A stretch of DNA of 64,000 nt from Desulfobacterales bacterium (GCA_028277765.1 JANQFQ010000051.1:115849-179848); one strand, 5' to 3'. Positions 1 to 11,363 are shown, counted from the stretch's first letter. Notes: a model not told the origin generated them from the letters alone. Made by a program: numbers and translations.

Positions 1-186
1 AATTGATCATTACATTAATATCAAACAGATCAGCCCCAATGCTGCCAGGCATTTTATGAAAAAACTCTTTATGAAAAATCATCACAAAGGCAAAAACGGG
101 CATCCTTTAAAAATGAGAGGCAAACATAACCGGATGCGCGATTGATGCAGCAGGGACTCTTTCCCCTGCTTATATTCTCCCCCGAA

Positions 187-226
187 TAAAGGGCGCGGCC
201 GTTCGGCACGCCCTTTATTATTTTTA
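187..226 (+). terminator. Rho-independent terminator-like hairpin (aaagggcgcggccg..cggcacgcccttt) followed by a T-run
   Basis: GC-rich inverted repeat followed by ttattatttttacc on the + strand. The gene it terminates would lie upstream of the window. Confidence 0.45.
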
Positions 227-359
227 CCACAAGGACACGAAGGGGTACGAAGAATAAAAACAGTTTTATTGGTTATATTGGTTTTATCCTCACTAAAAAC
301 CAGCGAGATCTCCGTTTTACTACGACCAGCCATCTAGGATCTAGCATCCAGGATCTAGT

Positions 360-1181
360 TTATACCCCAAAAAAATAAACAACCATCAACAAAACATATA
401 TCAATGCTGTAGAAATATATAAAGCTAATGTAAACGGAAAGAGGATTTTTGGCATAATGGTTTCGATTAAAAGTGTTCCTATTTTATCACGAGCTGTTTC
501 AATCATAGCAACCATCTTTGATTCCTCATCTCCTGACATCTCCTGGATCGCTTTGACATCTTCCTTAAAAGCCTGATCCAGTTTTTCAACATCCTGTTTG
601 CCAGGCGTTAGCTTATCTATTAAGCTACTGAACACCGTGATAAAAGAAAACATGCTTTTTTCCACAAGCCATGCTACGGGCTTTCCTAGCAGTTTGATTT
701 TTTCAGAGATAATCTTTTCAAGGGAAGGGATAATGACGACAAAGACAACGCCCCTAATGATGTCCGTTACAGGGGGAATCTGTTTTAAATTCATCTTCTT
801 TAAATCTTTTATAATATCAACCGCAATGTCCAGTGCAATATTTAAAGCAGACTGAATATCACCAATAAGTTTATGCCCGGTACGCCTAATTGCCAGCGAT
901 GTGCTTATAAACGGGAAACCAACATTTCCAATAATAAACATCAGCACTGCTACCATTAAACTGATATGACCGGCCTTGGCCATAATCAGGAGAATTGTGT
1001 TGATAAAGAGAAAAACATAAATAAACGCTTTCACGAAAATCGGTATGACTGAAAGAGGATTGATAATAAAGAGACTCACATCCACAATAGTGCTGATTAA
1101 TTCAGGTCTACGGTATTTGTCAAAATCTATCCCTGTTTTCTGAATAATCTCTCTCCCGATCTTTTCAGCTTTTTTACTCAT
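360..1181 (-). CDS. Polytopic membrane protein (possibly AI-2E/PerM-like transporter family)
   Basis: 273-aa ORF with several hydrophobic helices and a central soluble segment. Family assignment is by overall resemblance only. Confidence 0.45.
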   Translation of the reverse strand: MSKKAEKIGREIIQKTGIDFDKYRRPELISTIVDVSLFIINPLSVIPIFVKAFIYVFLFINTILLIMAKAGHISLMVAVLMFIIGNVGFPFISTSLAIRRTGHKLIGDIQSALNIALDIAVDIIKDLKKMNLKQIPPVTDIIRGVVFVVIIPSLEKIISEKIKLLGKPVAWLVEKSMFSFITVFSSLIDKLTPGKQDVEKLDQAFKEDVKAIQEMSGDEESKMVAMIETARDKIGTLLIETIMPKILFPFTLALYISTALIYVLLMVVYFFGV

Positions 1182-1262
1182 ATCCTCTATCTGTTTAATT
1201 GTTAGTTGTTTTTATTAATTAGTATTATTAATTTCATTCGTGTCATTCGTGGCTAATATTTT

Positions 1263-2306
1263 TTAGTCTTTAACCTCAGACCCCAGAAATTCCATAATGA
1301 GTCTGTTGAACTCTTTCGGTTTTTCCATGTTCGGTGCATGCGCTGTTTCTTCTATTATCTCAACCCGCGCGTTATTATCCAGAATTTTTTTTAGCTTAAA
1401 AGCGATATCAGGAGGGAACAGGGTATCATGGCGCCCCCAGACAATTAGAGTTTCATGGGGAACATGAATATTCGACTTAAATTCTTTAAATACATCCTCG
1501 CCCATATGCTCAAGAAGTTTTTTCTTCTCTTCAGAATGGCTGGCAAACATTTTTTTGTATACATCTTTTTTACACAGCCAGATTCCAAAGCGGTTTACAA
1601 GTGGTGTTTTATAATATGCGATATTCATAAGACGGGGAAGGTCTTTTGGCGTATCTGGTACAAATATTTCTGCTGATGATTTTGCACCGAACATATCGAG
1701 GATCTTCTGTTCATCTTCTTTTGTGGCGACAGTTCCCGGGCTATCCACGATAACCAGTTTTAAAACACGTTCAGGAAAATCGGTCGCGATTTTTAGGGAA
1801 ATCATTCCTCCGTATGAGATGCCCATTAAATGAAATTTCTTTATCCCAAGACGATCCATGAGCTGAATAATTGTCTTTGCCTGGAAGTCGATGGAGTATT
1901 CATCTTTCTTTGAAGTGCTCGCGCCAAAATATACCAGGTCTGGGGTCACCAGATAATAGTCTTTTGGAAACGAATCCATCTGTTCATACCAGTTAAACAT
2001 GGCATCACCGCCAAAACCATGCACCATAACAAAAGGGATGCCGCTACCGCCGTGCCAGCAGTTGATGTCTCCGTTCTCAAGGCTGATAATCTCTTCTTTC
2101 AGACCAGCATGCCTGAATTTCCGGCCAAGCTGTCCCTTGCGGTAGTTGTAAAAACTGCATGACGAAAGAAACGCAACGGAAGTCAATGCCAAAACCAGCC
2201 TAAACAATTGTTTTCTTATTCCTGGTATTTTATAGACACAACAGGACTGAGTGTTTTGGCTTTGCCAAGCGGTCTTCTGACAGTTCATTAATCTTTTAGT
2301 TTTCAA
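1263..2306 (-). CDS. Alpha/beta-fold hydrolase, probable lipoprotein
   Basis: HGFGG oxyanion motif and GISYGG nucleophile elbow (GxSxG). N-terminal signal with lipobox-like LSSCS. Confidence 0.7.
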   Translation of the reverse strand: MKTKRLMNCQKTAWQSQNTQSCCVYKIPGIRKQLFRLVLALTSVAFLSSCSFYNYRKGQLGRKFRHAGLKEEIISLENGDINCWHGGSGIPFVMVHGFGGDAMFNWYEQMDSFPKDYYLVTPDLVYFGASTSKKDEYSIDFQAKTIIQLMDRLGIKKFHLMGISYGGMISLKIATDFPERVLKLVIVDSPGTVATKEDEQKILDMFGAKSSAEIFVPDTPKDLPRLMNIAYYKTPLVNRFGIWLCKKDVYKKMFASHSEEKKKLLEHMGEDVFKEFKSNIHVPHETLIVWGRHDTLFPPDIAFKLKKILDNNARVEIIEETAHAPNMEKPKEFNRLIMEFLGSEVKD

Positions 2307-2360
2307 ATCTTTACACCTTATACCTTTCTCCCTATACCTCTTATATCCAGCATCTGCTCT

Positions 2361-4097
2361 TTATACCTTACTCTTTTTCTTCGGATCTGCGGAAATCTTC
2401 CCTTCCTGAGGAATATACCATGGTGAGGGGTACCACCAGTTTCCTGGCTCTACCATGCCGTCCTCTATCAAGATATGCATCAGGTTGTAAGGAATAGCCA
2501 TGAGGCACAGGCCACCGGGATGCCCGGACGTCTGGTGTGCGTGGTAAAGGTTGTCAATGGGACTCCTGTAACGTTCAAGCCCTTTACACGGCCGGTTTCC
2601 CCAAAGCTGGTCCTCGCAGTGACGGCTCCCTGCCCATGTACCGCCAATAAGCCCGGTATTACGCAGTTCGATCTCCCTTCCTGTGGCATACCAGTGGTGG
2701 ATAATATTCTCATCATTTAGCCCGTCAAACACATTTGAAAAGCACTGTTCAGCGTATTGTTTAAGTTCATCCCTATATTTGTCCGGTGCATCTTCCCCTT
2801 CCACGTGGTAATCCGGAGAGGTCAGGGCCATCTCAAAGGGAGTTGAAATATACCCTTTTGATGTTGGGTAATTGCTTTGAGAGTGTGTTGGATCAAATGT
2901 CTGGGCAGACATCTGAAACCACATTTTGTATTTTGGATCAAGGGTAGGTTTTCCTTTGAATCCATCCACATCTGCCACATCCGCGTAATACATCTCCCGG
3001 CTGTCACAGGGGTAAACCCCTCCAATCTGGTAGGTGCCAAGGTTATTCTTGTCCAGGTATTTTTTGTATAACGGCTTATAGGTAAGCGGTTTTTTGGTAT
3101 GAAAAGTCGAAACATAGAGTGTCTGGTTCTTCAGGCTGATATCTTTTACATCACGGATAAAGCCGGGATCAAGGTGCTTTGGCCCGACCATTTTCAAAAA
3201 TGCCTGGTGAACGTCGCATGCAGCAATAACCGCATTGTTCGCATGTATTGTCCTTCCTCCCATGGCAGCGGTTTCTCTTAACCGGACACCCACAGCACGT
3301 CCGTCATCAATCAGTATTTCATCAACCGGGCAGTTGGTCCGGACAACTGCACCATTATGAACAGCACACCGGTGTATGGCATGAAAATAAGCATGCAGAC
3401 CGCCCCTGGGCGCGCTTATTTTGCCTGTATTCGGAAGCGTGAGAAGCTGAACGCACGTAATCGCAGGTATCGCAACCCCTTCCCAGTGGGCAGCTGCCCC
3501 TGAAGCCCAGGCCGCGTAAGCCATGCATGTTTTAAACACCTCTGTTTCACAGTGCTCGTCCAGAACATCAAACATGGTCATTTCACGAAGTTCGTGCGTC
3601 CACAGATCTGGCTGGAACTGTTTGTACACCTGCATATAAGGGACATTATCGTCCGTAATCTCAACTTCAGGAGGATGCGGAGGGCACCAGAATGTAGCTC
3701 GCTGAAGCTCTCTTGTGAACATGGGCTGGCCAAGCATTCCCCCGAGCTTGCCCCATCCCATTGCATCCTGGTCGCTTATTCTTACGTAACCCTTTGTGGT
3801 CATCAGGCCCGTTCCAGCAGCGCCTGCAATATCAACAGGATTCCAGTTCATTCGAAAACCGTATTTCCAGAGTTCAAGCTGATCAAATCCTGGAGCAGAT
3901 GAAGCATACATGAGGATGGCATGGGGATAGATACGCACGCCCGGAATAGGCTCCTGTGTTTCACACGCGCCCCCGCATTCTGTCCTTTCTTCAAGCACGC
4001 AAACACTTACATCACTTTTGGCCAGATACGCGGCAGTTGCCATCCCGTTCGGACCGCCTCCGACAATGACAAAGTCATACCGTTCGTCCTTGCTCAT
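2361..4097 (-). CDS. FAD/NAD(P)-dependent oxidoreductase, phytoene-desaturase (CrtI)-like family
   Basis: N-terminal DFVIVGGGPNGMATAAYLAK Rossmann dinucleotide motif; 578 aa. Confidence 0.7.
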   Translation of the reverse strand: MSKDERYDFVIVGGGPNGMATAAYLAKSDVSVCVLEERTECGGACETQEPIPGVRIYPHAILMYASSAPGFDQLELWKYGFRMNWNPVDIAGAAGTGLMTTKGYVRISDQDAMGWGKLGGMLGQPMFTRELQRATFWCPPHPPEVEITDDNVPYMQVYKQFQPDLWTHELREMTMFDVLDEHCETEVFKTCMAYAAWASGAAAHWEGVAIPAITCVQLLTLPNTGKISAPRGGLHAYFHAIHRCAVHNGAVVRTNCPVDEILIDDGRAVGVRLRETAAMGGRTIHANNAVIAACDVHQAFLKMVGPKHLDPGFIRDVKDISLKNQTLYVSTFHTKKPLTYKPLYKKYLDKNNLGTYQIGGVYPCDSREMYYADVADVDGFKGKPTLDPKYKMWFQMSAQTFDPTHSQSNYPTSKGYISTPFEMALTSPDYHVEGEDAPDKYRDELKQYAEQCFSNVFDGLNDENIIHHWYATGREIELRNTGLIGGTWAGSRHCEDQLWGNRPCKGLERYRSPIDNLYHAHQTSGHPGGLCLMAIPYNLMHILIEDGMVEPGNWWYPSPWYIPQEGKISADPKKKSKV

Positions 4098-4361
4098 ATT
4101 CCCTCCTTATGAAATCTTATCTTTTGACGTGATCCTGAAGAATTTATAATACACAAAATAGTGCAGATTTACCATATTTTTTCATTATTGCTTAGAAATT
4201 AAGGTTACCCATTAATAAGCTTTATTTCAAACTGTTATTATCATTCCGATTTTCATACTGCTTTTAAAATCGAGGAATTTATGATATGTAACAACCATTA
4301 ATATGTGTGAAAGTGATAAAATATTGGTCAAAGTCCACTTTCATTCTAACTGGAGGAGCTT

Positions 4362-4748
4362 ATGAAAATATCATCAATAACTTTTTTTTGCCTTTTATTC
4401 ATTAGCATACCAATAGCTGCTCAAGAAAGCCTTGAATCAAAGTATTCAAAAGAAAAAATTCAAGAACTTTCACCAGAGGGAGTGACTATCATAGAAATTA
4501 AGATTTACGATAATGAAATTACAATCTCTTTTACAGCGAAAAACAATAAACAAGTGGCTGACTTTATGAGAAAATTATCTATGTCTTCATTAGGCGATCC
4601 AAATTTGAGATCAATTAGGAAAAAAAGGATGCCAATGGTTCTTCCTATGTTGAGGCGAAGCTCAAAATCAAAGCAAACCCTGATAAGAATTAGTGGAATC
4701 AATCAATTGATCCTGTCATTGATGCATAAAAAAAACGTTTCCAAATAA
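4362..4748 (+). CDS. Small secreted hypothetical protein
   Basis: ORF with N-terminal signal-like hydrophobic segment (FFCLLFISIPIAAQ). No recognisable domain. Confidence 0.3.
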   Translation: MKISSITFFCLLFISIPIAAQESLESKYSKEKIQELSPEGVTIIEIKIYDNEITISFTAKNNKQVADFMRKLSMSSLGDPNLRSIRKKRMPMVLPMLRRSSKSKQTLIRISGINQLILSLMHKKNVSK

Positions 4749-5240
4749 TCAATTAGGATTCTAATAAAATTATGAGCGAAGAATTAAAAACAATTGATAT
4801 AAAAAAATAGCTGCAGAGAGTTATTACTTTTGACAGCCAAAATATTAATAAAATAAAAGATGCATTAATAAAAGCAATTAACATTATCGGATTTAAAACC
4901 AAAAAAATTGATGACTTAGAAAAATCGGTTAAAATTGAAGCTGTTTATGGCTCACGAATTGTTGCATTTTTAATAGGTTTAATTCCTATTGTGGGGATTC
5001 ATTTCATCATCCCGGAGTTTTGGTTTCTCTGGCATGAAATATGGAACATCGGGATAATGGCACTATTCATTTCTTTTGCCAGTCTGGTAGTGCTTTTATA
5101 CACTGTTGAAGAATTTGGATTTACGATTAGTTTGATGATAATTTTAGTGTCTCGAATCGTATTTGGATTGATCGGCAATAAAGCCTATTACACACAACAC
5201 GGTCGTTTGTTCAAACGATAGATTGAGGACTGAATACCTT

Positions 5241-6683
5241 TTATTTTTTTCTCACAAATATAAAATCCCCGCCCCTATGACCTGCAAATCTTATGTCTGA
5301 ATATTGAGGTGTCTGAAGTGAATTGATCATGACTGGACGACGGATCTTGCTGAAAAGTATGGTTCCGTCCATGATATTTGCATTCTCCTCAAGTGCGTCA
5401 AGAAATGCCTTTGCGAAAACTGAATGTTTATCTCCCCCACTATCGAGCACAGGTTCCATGCCGCCTGAGGTTAAAACAGTACGCGCACGTTTTTGAGCTA
5501 TCCGGGATATATAGTCCGGGCTTTTAAGTCTAATATCAATACCGCGTGTCAACGTGCCTGAGTAGCAGCTATCAGCAACGATCATAACATGCTTTGCTTT
5601 CAACGCTTTTAATTTGTCGGTAATATCAGCATTAGAGATCCAGTCCGCTGTTGTTGTCTTCTGTGCTTCTATTGGCAGCCAGTAACCCCGTTCAGCATCT
5701 TCATCATAATATCCATGCCCAGCATAATATATCAGCAAATTATCATGAGGCTTTAATGTCGACCGCAAATTATCTAATGCAGAAAGTATGCTCTGCCGGG
5801 TTCCATTTAACATAAGCTTAACGTTAAAACCATACAGTTCACGCAATATGTCTGCAACCGCTTTTGCATCTTCTGCAGCGGTTTTAAGCTTAATAATATT
5901 TTTATAATCATTATTGCCGATAATTAATGCATGATAATTGCCAAAATCAATATTATCCAGGTCTGGTATTTTATAGCTGGCAGAAGGTTTTCTGTTCGGG
6001 GGCTCCTTCTTCACAGCTAAAGCTTGAATGGATTGCATTGTTTTATGCTTGTGAGCATAAAACACTTTTTTTGCATCCATACTGATATCTTGTAAAATAT
6101 CATCAAGCGAGTTGGAAATCTCTGCTTCAACAAGCTTTACTGCATGATCGCCCGAAAATTTTGTGATCAATGGAATAGTTACCGGAGATACGAGGAATAG
6201 TGTGAACCCTGTACAAAAACCGAGCATGATGCTTGATTCCGGATCACGATAATTCACAATGCGTCTACTGGAATATTGTTTGATCAATTCATTGGTATCA
6301 GCATCGTAAAACAGAAGGTCCATTTCCATCAGTATATCTATTCTACCGGATGAATGATGCTTTGGCACAACAATATAATCGAATTTGCCGGGTGTTGAGA
6401 TCTCTGAGGTTCGCTCTACTTGCTTAAAAATACTGTTGAGAGAAATATTAAGGGCCTTCAGGAGGTTTTCTTTTATATCAATTGTATTGTTGCTGCTCAA
6501 TCCCCCGGGGAATATAACTGGCTTTATTGGGACATTATCTTTTATAGCTATTGAAAGGTTGACTTGTGACAGGTGCGTAACTTGTGATTGATAGAAATCC
6601 TGATTTAGTGAACCATGATACCTGCAGGAATATAACAATAAGCAACATAATAATATAATAATGCTGAACAGATGTTTCTTCAT
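5241..6683 (-). CDS. Caspase-family (peptidase C14) protein, lipoprotein
   Basis: Catalytic His/Cys dyad context LIYYAGHGYY ... IVADSCYSG typical of the caspase/metacaspase fold. N-terminal LLYSCRY lipobox. C-terminal extension of unknown function. Confidence 0.75.
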   Translation of the reverse strand: MKKHLFSIIILLCCLLLYSCRYHGSLNQDFYQSQVTHLSQVNLSIAIKDNVPIKPVIFPGGLSSNNTIDIKENLLKALNISLNSIFKQVERTSEISTPGKFDYIVVPKHHSSGRIDILMEMDLLFYDADTNELIKQYSSRRIVNYRDPESSIMLGFCTGFTLFLVSPVTIPLITKFSGDHAVKLVEAEISNSLDDILQDISMDAKKVFYAHKHKTMQSIQALAVKKEPPNRKPSASYKIPDLDNIDFGNYHALIIGNNDYKNIIKLKTAAEDAKAVADILRELYGFNVKLMLNGTRQSILSALDNLRSTLKPHDNLLIYYAGHGYYDEDAERGYWLPIEAQKTTTADWISNADITDKLKALKAKHVMIVADSCYSGTLTRGIDIRLKSPDYISRIAQKRARTVLTSGGMEPVLDSGGDKHSVFAKAFLDALEENANIMDGTILFSKIRRPVMINSLQTPQYSDIRFAGHRGGDFIFVRKK

Positions 6684-6704
6684 TGAATGCCCTAAGATAT
6701 TTTA

Positions 6705-7019
6705 TCAGTCTGAAATCGTTTTATTCACATTTGGTATGGTTTCAGGTTTCCCCTTTTCCATGTACTTGCTATCTCCATCCCGGGCCGTAACGTTTTCATA
6801 AACACCATCATCTCTTTTAACAAGTTTTGTAAAACCGAGATCACGGAGTTCACTGTTGGTTTTCGGCGTACTGATTCCTACTAGGGAAATCAGTTTTTTG
6901 ACGGGTTCACCGCATTCAGGGCATTTTTCCAATACATCGTCGTTCATCGGCTGGGTAACTTCAAACATGCTTCCCAGGGAGCAGGCCTCACCAACATGTT
7001 CATATTCGTAAACTGGCAT
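6705..7019 (-). CDS. FmdB-family zinc-ribbon protein
   Basis: MPVYEYEH..C..C...CPECG signature of FmdB/regulatory zinc ribbon. Start chosen at the internal MPVYEY rather than the ORF-track start. Confidence 0.65.
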   Translation of the reverse strand: MPVYEYEHVGEACSLGSMFEVTQPMNDDVLEKCPECGEPVKKLISLVGISTPKTNSELRDLGFTKLVKRDDGVYENVTARDGDSKYMEKGKPETIPNVNKTISD

Positions 7020-7422
7020 ATTTTTTTTCCTTAGATTATACTTATATCTTAATGCATAGCGAAAACTTGTCAAGGGATAAGAGGGAGGGCGCATTACTCA
7101 TAAATTTATTTTTGGTGAATAAAAGAATTTTTTGTTTTAAAATAAAGCATTAAACGTGCATATTGATGTACCAGGGATTAATTCGTGCCAATTAGTGTCA
7201 TTCGTGGTAAAATGTCTGTGCCTGCCCTGTTAAATGCTGCTTCGCAACCCCTTTAGGGATTTAACCGGGTAAATCTGTGTGAGGTTGCTTGTGGGCTATA
7301 GTTTTTACGACGGCCCATGGCAAATATTTGTTTGCTGTTTCTATTGGACTTTAGATATAATTTTGAATATATTTAATATATATTGTTAAACATTATATTC
7401 TAACTGAAAAAGGATATGATCA

Positions 7423-7848
7423 ATGCTTAACACAATTGAAAGTGTCATCATCGTTGTCTTACTTTTTCTAATTTTCTTTTTCTTAAGGGAAAAAACCAGT
7501 GTAGAGGATAAACAACTCAAGGAAAGATTTGAAAAAAACCTTAATGAAAGAGATGAGTTAGAAAAACTTCTGGAAATTGAAAATGAGTTGAAAGAAAAAA
7601 AATCAAATACAGTGGAATACTTTAATGATTCCTTACACAGGGATATTGCCGTGGGAATCAGACAGGAGGTTTGGTACAAATATAAAGGAGAGTGTTCCAA
7701 ATGCAGTAATATTGAAGATATCCTATACGATCATATCATCCCTATACCTATGGGCGGAACAAATAATGCTGATAATATTGAATTGATCTGCGGAAATTGT
7801 TACAGAAAAAAGCATGATATCCCAGAAAGCGAAGAGCAAAAGGCGTAG
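7423..7848 (+). CDS. HNH endonuclease with N-terminal transmembrane helix and coiled-coil
   Basis: C-terminal CSKCS...DHIIP...N..N..LICGNCYRKKH HNH motif. N-terminal hydrophobic helix then a charged ELK-rich segment. Confidence 0.7.
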   Translation: MLNTIESVIIVVLLFLIFFFLREKTSVEDKQLKERFEKNLNERDELEKLLEIENELKEKKSNTVEYFNDSLHRDIAVGIRQEVWYKYKGECSKCSNIEDILYDHIIPIPMGGTNNADNIELICGNCYRKKHDIPESEEQKA

Positions 7849-8149
7849 GGCAGAGAGCTAAAGCAAAGGATTTAAACAGTTTTATTAGTTTTATGTTGGT
7901 TGAATTCGTTTGATTGGTTAACATCATAATTAAAATCAATCTGACAAATGAAACTTACAAAACAAATATAACTGTTTTTTTTTCTTCGTTCCCCTATGGT
8001 GAAATTATTATTTTACAACTTTTTTACAATTGTTTTACCGGCAAATGACAACTCTTTTTTTAAATGCGGTTATACTCAAGCTGAAAATCAGGTATGCCGA
8101 AAAAAATGAAGATCGGCACAAAAAACCGCAATAAAAAAGGAGGGATAGG

Positions 8150-9541
8150 ATGAAACAGATGATTAACAGAACAGCGATCGTAACAAAAAAAATGCTGGTG
8201 TTTATGGTTACCGTGTTACTACTGGTCAGCATGCCGCTTTCCGCGTGCTCCGCAGGAAAAAAGGATACAAGGGTAGGGTGCCGGGTGGAGATTGACAGGA
8301 CGGTAATTCCTGCTGACACCCCCCAGAAAGCGATCGTCAAGATTACCCTTGAAGCGCCCCAGCCCCCTGAAAAAACAGAACGGCCGGCTGTAAATCTCGC
8401 CATTGTCCTTGATAAGTCAGGATCCATGTCCGGCCAGAAGATTGAAAAAGCAAAGGAAGCGGCCATTGAAGCACTCCGCCGTCTCAGCCCCCAGGACATA
8501 TTCTCGCTAGTGGTTTATGACCAGAGCGTGCAGACGATCGTCCCCGCGCAGAACGCAATAAATATCGTGAAGATTGAAAGTCGTATCAGACAGATCGGTT
8601 CCGGCGGCAGCACTGCCCTTTTCGGCGGGGTGAGCCAGGGGGCTGCTGAGGTTCGAAAAAACACTGAGAAAAATTATGTACACCGAATCATCCTTTTGTC
8701 TGACGGCCTGGCCAATGTGGGCCCGAGTTCACCTGAAGACTTGGGACGCCTTGGCGCGGCCCTTATCAAGGAGGGAATCTCTGTCTCCACCGTTGGTGTT
8801 GGCACCGATTATAATGAAGACCTTATGGCCCGCCTGTCGCAAAACAGCGACGGCAATATCTATTTTGTTGAATCAAGCGTTGACCTTCCGCGAATCTTCA
8901 CGGCAGAGCTGGGAGATGTCCTGAATGTTGTCGCACAAAAAGTACATGTAACCATTGAATGCCCGGATGGCGTTAAACCGGTCACCATCATTGGTCGGGA
9001 TGGAAGAATAAAAGGAAACATGGTTGAGCTGTCGTTAAACCAGCTTTACGGCGGCCAGGAAAAGTATGCTCTTGTGGAAGTTGAAGTGCCGGCAGGAAAA
9101 AGCGGAAACAGTATTGAGATCGCCCGGGCCAGTGTCTCCTATGACAATCCATTCACAAAAAAGCAGGAGACATCAACCGGTCGGACAATAGCCCAATTCA
9201 GCCATGACAGGAAAAAGGTTAAAGCATCGGGAAATATCGATGTACAAAAAGAAATGGTGTTAAATAGAAAAGCACTTGCCCAGGATAAAGCGATTGAACT
9301 TACTGACCAGGGAAAACAAGATGAAGCAGCTCAGGTTCTCAGGGACAATGCTTATTCTATGGAACAGTTTGGAGCATCAAATAGCTTACCACAGTTTGTT
9401 GATGAGGCTCGTGAACTGAACAGACAGGCGGAAGTAATTGAAAAAGAAGGGATGAGCAAAAAGAACCGTAAAAAATTTAGAAATGAAGCATACGAAATGA
9501 AACAGCAGCAGCCTTCAAGCTCGGTTCATGAAAAACAATAA
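8150..9541 (+). CDS. von Willebrand factor A (vWA) domain lipoprotein
   Basis: MIDAS motif LAIVLDKSGSMSG. Signal peptide with LSAC lipobox. Long C-terminal coiled/charged tail. Confidence 0.8.
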   Translation: MKQMINRTAIVTKKMLVFMVTVLLLVSMPLSACSAGKKDTRVGCRVEIDRTVIPADTPQKAIVKITLEAPQPPEKTERPAVNLAIVLDKSGSMSGQKIEKAKEAAIEALRRLSPQDIFSLVVYDQSVQTIVPAQNAINIVKIESRIRQIGSGGSTALFGGVSQGAAEVRKNTEKNYVHRIILLSDGLANVGPSSPEDLGRLGAALIKEGISVSTVGVGTDYNEDLMARLSQNSDGNIYFVESSVDLPRIFTAELGDVLNVVAQKVHVTIECPDGVKPVTIIGRDGRIKGNMVELSLNQLYGGQEKYALVEVEVPAGKSGNSIEIARASVSYDNPFTKKQETSTGRTIAQFSHDRKKVKASGNIDVQKEMVLNRKALAQDKAIELTDQGKQDEAAQVLRDNAYSMEQFGASNSLPQFVDEARELNRQAEVIEKEGMSKKNRKKFRNEAYEMKQQQPSSSVHEKQ

Positions 9542-9678
9542 ATGCCGTACGGGCCGCTGAAAAGCGGCCCGTCTTCCGCTCAGCCGGTCATAGAAAACAG
9601 GTTGTTAACATTTTACACAACAAGGGTATAAGTTTTGTTAAACTCCGGTTATAAAGGGACAAGATTCAACTTAGCTTT

Positions 9679-11349
9679 ATGACAAAAAGATCCATCATAT
9701 TTTACTGGCTCCTTCTCCTGATACCGACAGCCGTTATCGGTATATCCGCTTTTTACATGCTTTGCCATGAGCAGGAGAGAATCAACAGCATGGAAATATC
9801 CGCGGCAGAAGACAAGGCAAATGCCATTGCTTCATCCCTGGTATTAACCGTTGAAAACGCGCAGACAGGTCTCTCAGACTCCCTTCACAACATACCTGAA
9901 AAGCAGCGCATAGACATTCTTGCTGAGTGGGAAAGAACAGATCCCCTGGTAAGGAACGTATTTGTCTGGCATGAGGAAACAGGTCTTGAATATCCTGTGG
10001 CGGGAAGTATCACTCGCGAAGAAGAGCGGTTTCTTAAACGGTTTAACGCCCTGTTCACCAGCAGGATTCCCTGGCAGATGCCGGCAATGGAAAATCCAAG
10101 GGAATATTCTGAAAAAACAAAAGACAAAACTGATATCCTGGATTACCGGAAAAGCATAAGCAACCTTCAAAACCTTACCCAGAGAAGTTCTTCACAGGAC
10201 AATTCAGACGGAAACTGGCAGGGGGACATAATAACTAAGAGCGGATGGATTCCATGGTTTGATGAGAACCGTCTTTACATGCTAGGATGGGTTCAAAAAA
10301 GCCCAGGAAGCCATGTCTATGGTATTGAGCTGGAAATCATGACCCTTCTTTCAAGGATCATATCTGTTTTTCCTCCTTCAGATCCGGACGGCATTGTTTA
10401 TGTCTTATTGGACGGAAACGGGAAAATACTTCACCAGGCAGGCAAAGCGCTGATCCCTGCCGGCAGAGAACCGGAATATTTAGTTTCACTGGCACCGGCC
10501 CTGCCCCACTGGCAGATCGGGGTGTATATGCTGCACGGCCGGGCCGGTCAGTCTGGACGGGGTTTTATTATTCTCTCCTCACTCCTTCTGGTCATATTCC
10601 TTGCAGCGATTATCCTCGGCGGCTATCTCCTCACATGGCATGCCCAGCAAAACATAAAAGACGCAAGTCAGAAGACCTCCTTTGTTTCAAGTGTTTCCCA
10701 TGAGCTTAAGACTCCGCTCACAAGCATCCGGATGTACGCGGAACTCTTAAAAGAAAAAAGGGTAAAGGATCCTGACAAGAAGAGCCATTACCTCCAGGTG
10801 ATTGTTGATGAAAGCCGACGATTAACTAGACTTGTAAACAATGTGCTCGATTTCAGCAGGCTTGAGCAAGGGAGAAAAAAATATCATTTGGAACACCTGA
10901 ACCTGGTAGCACATATCCGTGGTATTATGAAAGACCACCTGGTCCGTTTTAAAGAGGCCGGTATGGTCTATGATGACAGGATGCCGGATCAGGATATTTA
11001 CGTGGAAATCGACCGGGATGCCATTGACCAGGTTGTGCTTAACCTGGCAGACAACGCCATAAAGTATGCTTCTGAAGGAAAAGAGTTTACCCTTGATCTG
11101 AAAACCAGCAACAGCTTTTGCCAATTAATGGTCATGGACAGGGGGCCGGGAATACCAGCTGAGCATTGGAGTAAAATTTTTAACAAGTTCCATCGTGTAG
11201 ACGATTCCCTGGTTTCATCCAAGCCCGGATCAGGTCTCGGCCTTAGCATCGCCCAGAGAATTATGGCCGATCTTGGCGGGGAGATTCGGTATGAACCGAG
11301 GGACGGCGGGGGAAGCTGTTTTGTGGTTGAAATTCCATTACAGGCATAA
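9679..11349 (+). CDS. Sensor histidine kinase (periplasmic sensor + HisKA + HATPase_c)
   Basis: Two TM segments. H-box SHELKTPLTSIRMYAELL. G-boxes DRGPGIP and GSGLGLSIAQ. Confidence 0.85.
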   Translation: MTKRSIIFYWLLLLIPTAVIGISAFYMLCHEQERINSMEISAAEDKANAIASSLVLTVENAQTGLSDSLHNIPEKQRIDILAEWERTDPLVRNVFVWHEETGLEYPVAGSITREEERFLKRFNALFTSRIPWQMPAMENPREYSEKTKDKTDILDYRKSISNLQNLTQRSSSQDNSDGNWQGDIITKSGWIPWFDENRLYMLGWVQKSPGSHVYGIELEIMTLLSRIISVFPPSDPDGIVYVLLDGNGKILHQAGKALIPAGREPEYLVSLAPALPHWQIGVYMLHGRAGQSGRGFIILSSLLLVIFLAAIILGGYLLTWHAQQNIKDASQKTSFVSSVSHELKTPLTSIRMYAELLKEKRVKDPDKKSHYLQVIVDESRRLTRLVNNVLDFSRLEQGRKKYHLEHLNLVAHIRGIMKDHLVRFKEAGMVYDDRMPDQDIYVEIDRDAIDQVVLNLADNAIKYASEGKEFTLDLKTSNSFCQLMVMDRGPGIPAEHWSKIFNKFHRVDDSLVSSKPGSGLGLSIAQRIMADLGGEIRYEPRDGGGSCFVVEIPLQA

Positions 11350-11363
11350 ACAAAGGTGTAATT

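Noticed and set aside
82-333. 83-aa ORF at the window start
   Set aside because: Overlaps terminator-like hairpins and CTAGGATCTAG repeats; no coding signal.
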